A DNA stretch of 64,000 nucleotides, from NCBI GenBank assembly GCA_963749495.1, contig CAVVMW010000004.1:576001-640000 (forward strand). Direction: 5' to 3'. Below are positions 31,286 to 38,082 of the stretch, in pieces. Within the stretch, counting starts at the first letter, position 1; each line of letters starts with the position of its first letter. Origin of the DNA: an uncultured bacterium. GTDB lineage: Bacteria > Verrucomicrobiota > Verrucomicrobiia > Limisphaerales > UBA8199. The translations under genes were made by a program, and so were the position numbers. The notes under the pieces were generated by a model, which was not told the origin of the DNA, did no database searches, and saw only the letters and a program-made list of their open reading frames with translations.

Positions 31286-31363
31286 TGGCGTCCGCGGCAG
31301 GAATCGCACCTGCGACCTCCACCTTCGCACAGTGGCGCTCTGATCTAACTGAGCTACGCGGAC
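31286..31363 (-). tRNA. tRNA-Arg(GCG)
   Basis: CCACT-GTGCGAA-GGTGG; A20. Confidence 0.85.
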
Positions 31364-31366
31364 AAA

Positions 31367-31444
31367 TGGCATCCGTGGTCGGACTTGCACCGACTACGCC
31401 CGGCTTGAAGGGCCGGCTGCTCGAGCTGCTTTGCATTCACGGAC
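31367..31444 (-). tRNA. tRNA-Glu(TTC)
   Basis: CCGGC-CCTTCAA-GCCGG. Confidence 0.85.
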
Positions 31445-31543
31445 GAAAAGCGTTCGCCGCAAAGGATGAGCACGCAGAGTCGCTGCTCTCCGGCAGGCGT
31501 TAACTCCGCGGGCTCAGTTCCTCCGTGGCGATATGAGGACGCG

Positions 31544-32674
31544 TCAGCGGTGAAACTTGCGCGTCTTGTAAGTGAGGAGTGGTCGCAATGTCGCGATGAC
31601 GGAGACAAGCCCGGCATCCACGAGGTCCTGGATCACTGCCTCGATGTTTTTGTAGGCGCCAGGCGCCTCTTCGTAGAGCAGGTCGCGCTCTTCGCAAACC
31701 ACCCGGCTCCCCAGCGGCGTCTGCACCAACTGATGCAGGCCGAAACGCTCGCGCATGCGCAAGCGGGCTGCGCTCCGAGCCCATTTGCGGCCGGCCCCGT
31801 GAGCGAGCGACCAGGCGCGGCTTTCGCCATCGCCGATTGGCTTCACGAGGTAGCTCAAAGCCCCGCGCGATCCGGAGATAACCACCGGGTCATCCTCGCC
31901 AACGACAGCGCCTTTGCGATGCACCCAGACAGTTTCACCGGCGCTTTCGTGACGGGTGATGCTGTTGTGGCAACCGTCCCAAAGGCACTCTGTCTCGGCC
32001 CCGAGCGCCGCGACAAAGCGACGGGCGATGACTTCGCGGTTGGCTTTGGCCCAGCGCATGGCGAAGTCGTGACCGCGGAGGTATTCCCCCGCCGCGAACG
32101 AGTCCGCCTCCACGCCGTTCGCGAAGTGTTGGTCCGCATGCTGGCGGAGGACGGATTCGCCCAATCCGCGCGAGCCGCTGTGAACCAGCACCACGAGTTG
32201 CTGCTTGCCCAACCCGAATTTCTTGAATTCGTCAGGGTCGAGGACTTTTTCGACCGCCTGCAACTCGGCGAAGTGATTTCCCCCGCCGATCGTGCCCAAC
32301 GCCGAATCAAATTCCGTGGAATCGAGCCGTCGTTCAGCGAGGAAGTCGCTGACGGATTCCGCCCACGGGTGTTCGAGGTCGAAGCGCAGCGTGGCCCATC
32401 GGTCGAGCTTGGCATCGCGACGCACAAGGTCGGTGGCGAACAACGCCATGCCGCAGCCGATGTCCCCGCCAATGACGTGCGGGTAAATCTCACCCTCGGT
32501 TACGAACGCGGCGCCGACTGGGGTGCCTTTGCCGGGATGCAAATCCGGGAAGCCCACTGCACGGCGGACACCAGCAAGCTTCGTGGTGGCGTAGAGTTGG
32601 CGCACCGCTTCGCCTTCGATCCAGCTTTGGGCCGAGGCGAAAAGGCGCACCTGAATTTCGGTCAGGGTGGTCAT
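31544..32674 (-). CDS. rtcB: RNA ligase RtcB family, short release-factor-H-coupled (RtcB2) type
   Basis: WIEGEA, PDLHPGKG, GGDIGCGM, GTIGGGNHFAE, HSGSRG, HRKGA, HGAGRK, EEAP.AYK. Confidence 0.93.
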   Translation of the reverse strand: MTTLTEIQVRLFASAQSWIEGEAVRQLYATTKLAGVRRAVGFPDLHPGKGTPVGAAFVTEGEIYPHVIGGDIGCGMALFATDLVRRDAKLDRWATLRFDLEHPWAESVSDFLAERRLDSTEFDSALGTIGGGNHFAELQAVEKVLDPDEFKKFGLGKQQLVVLVHSGSRGLGESVLRQHADQHFANGVEADSFAAGEYLRGHDFAMRWAKANREVIARRFVAALGAETECLWDGCHNSITRHESAGETVWVHRKGAVVGEDDPVVISGSRGALSYLVKPIGDGESRAWSLAHGAGRKWARSAARLRMRERFGLHQLVQTPLGSRVVCEERDLLYEEAPGAYKNIEAVIQDLVDAGLVSVIATLRPLLTYKTRKFHR

Positions 32675-32722
32675 GTTTCCTTTCGTGCCCGCAAAGCGGG
32701 ACCTTTTGAGTCATGAGTTAAG

Positions 32723-32800
32723 AATGCAGAGTGCAGAATGCGGAAGAGACTGCCGCCGTAATTAAACGGATTCTGCATTCTGCACTCCGCACTCTGCATT
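32723..32800. repeat. Inverted heptamer-repeat hairpin
   Basis: aatgcagagtgcagaatgcgga ... ttctgcattctgcactccgcactctgcatt. Confidence 0.65.
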
Positions 32801-32804
32801 TAAA

Positions 32805-32879
32805 TGGTCCCCGAGGTTGGTATCGCGCCAACGTCTCCTCCTCTTCAGGGAGGCGCTAAGCTGCCTCAGCTACTCGGAG
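32805..32879 (-). tRNA. tRNA-Phe(GAA)
   Basis: CCTCC-CTGAAGA-GGAGG. Confidence 0.85.
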
Positions 32880-32882
32880 GAA

Positions 32883-32979
32883 TGGCCTGCCGAGCCGTAG
32901 CCGCAGGCGAAGGCTGGCCTGCCACGCCGTAGCTTTAGCGAAGGCTGGCCTGCCACGCCGTAGCTTTAGCGAAGGCTGG
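32883..32979. repeat. Three tandem copies of the hairpin element
   Basis: tggcctgcc..gccgtagc..gcgaaggc x3. Confidence 0.9.
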
Positions 32980-33050
32980 TCGTCCCGGCAGGTAATGCTC
33001 CTGCGTCGCCCGGTTATCGACCGGGTGCTCTGCTCTTGAGCTACAGGACG
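32977..33050 (-). tRNA. tRNA-Ile(GAT)
   Basis: CCCGG-TCGATAA-CCGGG. Confidence 0.88.
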
Positions 33051-33051
33051 A

Positions 33052-33140
33052 TGGCGGAAGGCGTCGGTAACGCTCCGACCTCGGCAATGCCGATCCTGTT
33101 TTCGGGACAGGTGCAGCCAGCTTATATCTGCCTGCCTTCC
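33052..33140 (-). tRNA. tRNA-Ser(CGA)
   Basis: CCTGT-CCCGAAA-ACAGG; long variable arm. Confidence 0.85.
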
Positions 33141-33146
33141 ATAAAA

Positions 33147-33226
33147 TGTCAGGGTGGCAAGGTTCACCCCCGCGGCCTCCTGGTTCCGAACTCCCGACGC
33201 GTGGCGACTGCTGGCATTACACCCTG
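33147..33226 (-). pseudogene. tRNA-Pro(CGG)-like pseudogene
   Basis: CAGGGTG/CACCCTG acceptor; TT-CGG-AA; 5' anticodon strand replaced. Confidence 0.55.
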
Positions 33227-33230
33227 AAAT

Positions 33231-33305
33231 TGGCTGCCAGGGTTGGACTCGCACCAACACCGTGCGGTTTAACAAACCGTCGTGCTACTTTGACACCACC
33301 TGGCA
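33231..33305 (-). tRNA. tRNA-Asn(GTT)
   Basis: Loop TT-GTT-AA; G73. Confidence 0.85.
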
Positions 33306-33306
33306 A

Positions 33307-33382
33307 TGGCACTGCCGGCAGGACTTCCACCTGCATCGTTCCGCTTAGAAGGCGGGTGCCTCATGTGTTCGGCCACGGCAGC
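33307..33382 (-). tRNA. tRNA-Arg(TCT)
   Basis: Loop CT-TCT-AA. Confidence 0.85.
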
Positions 33383-33390
33383 ATTCGAAA

Positions 33391-33466
33391 TGGTCAGCGC
33401 GACAGGAGTTGCACCTGCGATCCCTCGGTCCCAGGCCGAGTGCGTTGGCTGCTACGCTACGCGCTG
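33391..33466 (-). tRNA. tRNA-Pro(TGG)
   Basis: CTCGG-CCTGGGA-CCGAG; C1-G72. Confidence 0.88.
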
Positions 33467-33468
33467 AT

Positions 33469-33544
33469 TGGCGGACCCGAAGGGAATTGCACCCTCAACC
33501 CTCCCGCAGACAACGGGGCGCTCTGCTTCTTGAGCTACGAGTCC
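33469..33544 (-). tRNA. tRNA-Asp(GTC)
   Basis: Loop TT-GTC-TG; G73. Confidence 0.85.
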
Positions 33545-33551
33545 GAAATGG

Positions 33552-33649
33552 CCTGCCGAGCCGTAGCCGCAGACCTAAACGGGAGCCCGCCTTCGCTAAG
33601 GCTACGGCAGGCACCCTTCGCCATCCGACACGCGGACGGCGAAGGCCGG
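33552..33649. repeat. Composite hairpin element with nested inverted copy
   Basis: cctgccgagccgtagcc ... cccgccttcgctaaggctacggc ... gcgaaggccgg. Confidence 0.75.
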
Positions 33650-33736
33650 TGGGAAGTGCTGGTAACGCTCCAGCTCGTCGCTTCCAGCTTCGTTTAACGA
33701 CACCCGATTTACAGTCGGGCAGCCGGATCACTTCCC
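33647..33736 (-). tRNA. tRNA-Tyr(GTA), D-arm-less with extended variable arm
   Basis: CCCGA-CTGTAAA-TCGGG; only 10 nt between acceptor and anticodon stems. Confidence 0.7.
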
Positions 33737-33743
33737 AGAGATC

Positions 33744-33816
33744 TGGTAGCGGGGGTGGGAGTTGCGCCCACGGAGGCTGAGCTTATGAGGCTCGCCTGAA
33801 TCTCATTCTCCCCGCA
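33744..33816 (-). tRNA. tRNA-Met(CAT), initiator-like (1:72 mismatch)
   Basis: GAGC-CTCATAA-GCTC; TGCGGGG/CCCCGCT. Confidence 0.75.
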
Positions 33817-33825
33817 ATGAATTGG

Positions 33826-33926
33826 CCTGCCAAGCCCTAGCCCGGCGGAGCCAAAGCCAGAGCCCACCTTCGCTAAAGCGACGGTGGGCAGCCTCCGCCC
33901 GCCGCGGTGCAGCGGGCGAAGGCTGG
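33826..33926. repeat. Composite hairpin element with nested inverted copy
   Basis: cctgccaagccctagcccg ... cccaccttcgctaaagcgacggt ... cgggcgaaggctgg. Confidence 0.7.
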
Positions 33927-33999
33927 TGGAGGACGGCGGGTAACGCTCCCGCTTATGCCTGCTTGCAGGGCAGGCGCATCACTTTTCTGCCACGCCCCC
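33924..33999 (-). tRNA. tRNA-Ala(TGC)
   Basis: CCTGC-CCTGCAA-GCAGG; G3:U70; one extra acceptor nt. Confidence 0.8.
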
Positions 34000-34014
34000 A
34001 GAAATCGAGAAGAT

Positions 34015-34088
34015 TGGCAAGTCGCCCTGGTGCTGCCCCAGGCAAGCTGAGTTTTGGAGACCCGGCTGCACAAGCTGGTGCGCGACTT
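34015..34088 (-). tRNA. tRNA-Trp(CCA)
   Basis: Loop CT-CCA-AA; G73. Confidence 0.78.
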
Positions 34089-34151
34089 TTTTTGCATTGT
34101 ATTTTCGGAACGCAGGCGACGTGAGAATCGAAAGCGCATTCCGAACGAAGT

Positions 34152-34225
34152 TGGTGCGGCCGCCGGGAATTGCACCCGGACTTCCTCCGTGGGGGGGAGG
34201 CATTCTGCTGTTAGATCACAACCGC
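34152..34225 (-). tRNA. tRNA-Gly(CCC)
   Basis: CCTCC-CCCCCAC-GGAGG. Confidence 0.8.
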
Positions 34226-34567
34226 GGAAATTGAGAGGGCCGGGAGCGTTGCTGCTCCCGGCCCATGCCATTTCAACAAAGAACAAACACCTCTTGCTAT
34301 CTTGCGATACCAACCCACGGTTTCACGGTGGTTCTTTCGGTGTTTTGGGGCACACCTCCTGCGAAGCCCTCAGATTGTAAAATCCGGCTTAACTCACTCG
34401 GCGCGCTTTTTGGCGACCTGTGGGCAAAGCCCACCGGTGGAGAACCTCGGCTCTCCCGCGCCTTCTTGTGTTTTGTGCCAGGCGACATCATCAAGAACGT
34501 CCGTATGCTTCTTCTCACAGTGCTTTGCCTTTCGTTGTCAAGTTCACTTTCTCAGTCGTGCAGGAAC

Positions 34568-34585
34568 AATAAAAAACCCTGCTTC
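34568..34585 (-). terminator. Half of an intrinsic terminator split by the IS (other arm 37041-37063)
   Basis: Empty site reads AACCCTGCTT-ACCGTAACGG-AAGCAGGGTT-TTTTATT on the minus strand. Confidence 0.75.
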
Positions 34586-37040
34586 CAGAACTCCTGACAT
34601 AGCCGTCAAACAAAATGTCCGCTTTTTGCCTCACGGCGCTTCCCGAATTGTGTAGCGCAGGCGCAAGCGCGAACCTGGAAAGAGGGTATTGGTCCGGTTG
34701 AGTTCCTCGCAAAGCGCGGCAATCGCCCGCGTGCGGTGCGGCGAACTTAGCGCAGCCAAGCTCACCCGCAACTCCGTTTGGGTGACTTCGAGATCCGCCG
34801 CGCTGGCCAAAGCCGATTGGATCAGAGTTCGACCTTCGTCGCCCACCCTCCGATAGTAGGGCGCGACTAATCTCAGCAAATCGCTCTCGGCTTGGTAAGC
34901 CACGATCTTAATCACATTGGTTAGATGTTTGCGTTCTGGAGCCAGTTTCACCACGGGCTCTTTGGTGATGCTTTGGATCGGCACTCGCCGGGGCACGGCG
35001 GCACGGCGTTTCTCCAGTCGCGCTACACGCTGCCAAGCAGTGTCGATTTGCTGGCCGAGCTTGCCCTGCGCGATCTTGAAGCCGCGCATGGTCTGCTGCT
35101 GCTGCTCCAGGTTGACCAGCGCCTCCAGGCCATATTCGGCCTGCAGCCGAGCCAGTTGGGCATACGCCTGGCGCAATTGGGCGTCCACGGCCGCCCAGAC
35201 CGGGTTGGGAACCTCACGAGTGGGATCATCAGGCACCGCGGCATATTCGACTAACGCGTCCAACGCGTATTCGTCGCACAGGTATTTCAGGAAATTCTCT
35301 TGTCGCCAGCGATCAAACATGTGATAGGCGACTTGGGCAGCGCACAGATCCCGGCGCGAGGTCAGGACGGGGGTTTGGTGCCCGTTGTCCCTCAGGCGGG
35401 TGACCTGCCGCATGCGCAGCTTGCCCTTGAGCAAGCGCACCTCCTGGTCGGCCAGGACGTAGAGGAAGGTCCGTCCCTCACAACGGGTGCGACATGGCCG
35501 GAAGCGCTTGCGGGGGACGCGGCGGCAGCGCCCTTTGCGGTACGTCAGCACGTCAAAGCCCGCGGCCAGGATTTGGAGGAAGAGCTTGGGACTGTAGCCG
35601 CCGCGATCAAAGGCTACGGTGATGCGTCGTTTGCCCACCAAGCTGCGCACCTGCTCCAGGATGCCGGGCAGCATCTTGACCAAGCCGGCGTTAGCCTGTG
35701 CCGTGACGACAAAGAGCGGATCGCCGCACGTGTCGTTGACCCAATAGTCCGAAGTGGCCGGCACCGAGAGGCGCATCTGAGCCACGTGGGCCTTGGGCAG
35801 ACGGTGCTTGCCGTGGTAAACCCGCACGTGGCCATCCACGTAGAGGAAACCCAAGGCGGCTCCGCGCAAGGCGACCCGTTGCTGGGCCAGAGCCAGGCCA
35901 AACTGCGCGGCGCGTCCGGTGGCCGCCAGGCAGGCCAGTTTCCGCCGCAGCGTTTTGACTTCGGGCGCCCGGTCCAAGCCCAGCACACGCCCCAAGTCTT
36001 GAGGGGAGTGTTCCTTGAGGCCCTCCGGTCGCTTGATGCGCCACAGCGCCATGAGCAAGAGTGTGAGCAAGCTGGTGCGCAATCCATAGAAGGCTGGCCC
36101 CAGGCTGCCGTAGATCCTCTGAGCACAGTCGAAAACGCCGCTGGCCACCAACGCCGGCAAGGCCAAGAGCACGCCGACGCACGGCACGGCGGCGGCGCAC
36201 CCGAACAACGGGGCTGCATCTTCCAGCAATCCCAGGCGTGCCAGCAACCGATCGGTCCAGCGATGAGCCGGGTCGGTGTCGAGGCTGCGCGGCAGTGGGC
36301 TCGGCGCCACGGATGCACAAAAAGCGGACAGTTTTGGGTTCCCCCCAGATGCGGGTGAATGAGTCGATGAAGGGGTCTCCACGGGGGGCTGGTTCGCAGC
36401 GGTGGTCGTCCGCGGCTCAAGAGGCAGTTCGGTCTGAACGACCATCCGTGCGGGCTTCCAGCCTAAACGTCGCACGGTTTTGCGGACGGCTTGCACACTG
36501 ACCCCAAGCCGCCGCGCGATCTCGTAGTGCGAGCGGCCTTGGGCCTTGAGCCGTTGGACCCAGCCTCGCCGAGAGGCCGCCAGGCGGGCACGCCCCTGCG
36601 GATAACCGCGGGGGCGTCCCAGTGCAGCCAAGCCGCCCCCCTCGAAGCGTTGTTGACAGCGCCGCACCGTGCGGACCGAGTAACCAAAGGCTCTGGCCAC
36701 GTCGTTCTGATCCGCCCAACCTACATTGATCAGGCTCACCATGGCGTGGGCTTCGGACATGCGGTCGCCCACCGCATACTGTGCCAGGGGCATTCCTGAC
36801 ACGAGCACAAGGCGGTGACCTTCCTGCGTCAGCAGCAGGCATCGCTCGTTGATGACATGGGTGCCTTGTGGGTTTCGCGCCTCTGGAAAGAGGTCGTCGC
36901 ATAGGGTATTGGCCATACGCGCCGATGTTAGCCCGGCGGTCAAAAAAGCGGACAGTTTTGGGTTCCCCCCCCCGCCAGTATTGTCCGCCCAGAAAATGCC
37001 CAGAAATGGCGAAAACTATGAGGCTATGTCAGGAGTTCTG
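34586..37040 (-). mobile_element. Insertion sequence (unclassified DDE type), 19-bp perfect IRs, 5-bp TSD GCTTC
   Basis: CAGAACTCCTGACATAGCC / GGCTATGTCAGGAGTTCTG; GCTTC at 34581 and 37041. Confidence 0.92.
34631..36943 (-). CDS. Putative transposase (two HTH + DDE-like region)
   Basis: YVDGHVRVY, AFDRGGYS, RWRQEN; bounded by IRs. Confidence 0.85.
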   Translation of the reverse strand: MTAGLTSARMANTLCDDLFPEARNPQGTHVINERCLLLTQEGHRLVLVSGMPLAQYAVGDRMSEAHAMVSLINVGWADQNDVARAFGYSVRTVRRCQQRFEGGGLAALGRPRGYPQGRARLAASRRGWVQRLKAQGRSHYEIARRLGVSVQAVRKTVRRLGWKPARMVVQTELPLEPRTTTAANQPPVETPSSTHSPASGGNPKLSAFCASVAPSPLPRSLDTDPAHRWTDRLLARLGLLEDAAPLFGCAAAVPCVGVLLALPALVASGVFDCAQRIYGSLGPAFYGLRTSLLTLLLMALWRIKRPEGLKEHSPQDLGRVLGLDRAPEVKTLRRKLACLAATGRAAQFGLALAQQRVALRGAALGFLYVDGHVRVYHGKHRLPKAHVAQMRLSVPATSDYWVNDTCGDPLFVVTAQANAGLVKMLPGILEQVRSLVGKRRITVAFDRGGYSPKLFLQILAAGFDVLTYRKGRCRRVPRKRFRPCRTRCEGRTFLYVLADQEVRLLKGKLRMRQVTRLRDNGHQTPVLTSRRDLCAAQVAYHMFDRWRQENFLKYLCDEYALDALVEYAAVPDDPTREVPNPVWAAVDAQLRQAYAQLARLQAEYGLEALVNLEQQQQTMRGFKIAQGKLGQQIDTAWQRVARLEKRRAAVPRRVPIQSITKEPVVKLAPERKHLTNVIKIVAYQAESDLLRLVAPYYRRVGDEGRTLIQSALASAADLEVTQTELRVSLAALSSPHRTRAIAALCEELNRTNTLFPGSRLRLRYTIREAP

Positions 37041-37271
37041 GCTTCCGTTACGGTAAGCAGGGTTGGAAAATCCTTTGGAGCCTTTGCTCGCTTCACCTGC
37101 CTACCAAGAGCCTATCCGGATTGTAACCGGCCTGATGTTTCAGGCCTAAGGATAGACCGAGGCTGAACACACAGCCTCCGAATGGCCATTCACGACGTGT
37201 CGCTCTTTGGAGCGACCTCGCGGGCCAAATCGTTGCTGATATGTTCATACAGGTTTTCATCGAACGCATGT

Positions 37272-37301
37272 AGTTTAGCACAAGCCCACTAATTGTGTCC
37301 A
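37272..37301 (-). promoter_or_regulatory. Candidate sigma70 promoter of the tRNA array
   Basis: TGGACA-N18-TAAACT with extended TG; adjacent palindrome CCAAAT..ATTTGG. Confidence 0.45.
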
Positions 37302-37565
37302 CTTATATTTTTAGGGGTGTGTGTATCTTAAATCCAAATATCCGGATTTGGTGATATGTCCACCGCTCACCAATAAACCGTTTGCTCTGAGGCCCACGGG
37401 TGATCCGGAAGCGCCTTGAGTTCCGATGCGATGTCGTCCCGCAAGCGCTTCGCGCTGTTCTCCGCGCCCGCGGACATTTTGGACTGGTCGGTCGCGGATG
37501 AGCCGTTAGCCACGACCAACGCGGCCACGCTGAGAAATAAACGCGCTTTCATAATCGGTGCAGCC

Positions 37566-38082
37566 TCATATCTCGAGACCAAGTTCCCTGAACTTCTTCA
37601 AAGCTTCGGCATTGCCCCTCGCATCATCCACAGGATCGTGGGTGTGCGCAGTGACTCGATACTTCTTCCACTCGATCGCTTTGGACGCGTCCTTGACCAG
37701 GCCGGCGTAGAGATCACCGATCCGCCGGCCCGAGAATCCGAACGGGTTTTGTCCGAGAAAGCGATGGAAATAATAATTGATGAACTGCCAGTCGAAGGCG
37801 ACGTTGTTCTGACACGAAAACCGGATGGCCTTTGGTGCGCTCCTCGAGCCACACCGCAAACCTCTCCATCACAGTTTTCGGGTCCTCGAAGCTCAGGTGC
37901 TGTTCGCGGGAGAAGCCGCTCACAGCCAAAGCCCCGGGAACGAACCGGTCCGAAATGGGGCGTGTCCTGGCATAAAAGGTCTTGTCGAGTTGGTCATCGA
38001 AAATCACAGCGCCGAAGCACACCATGGAAAACTCCGCAGGAATCGGCCCATCAGATTCAACATCGACGACAACGTAGCTCAT
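37566..38082 (-). CDS. DEDDh 3'-5' exoribonuclease (Rv2179c/RNase AS-like), frameshift near 37806
   Basis: VVDVESDGP, AFDWQFINYY, HTHDPVDDARGNA. Confidence 0.8.

Noticed and set aside
25512..34225. tRNA-Sec or nonsense-suppressor tRNA in the array
   Set aside because: No TCA, CTA or TTA anticodon found in any folded loop
25572..34655. Numerous short ORFs over the tRNA array (e.g. AFACRLRHGRP repeats)
   Set aside because: Translations of tRNA genes and repeats with no protein motifs
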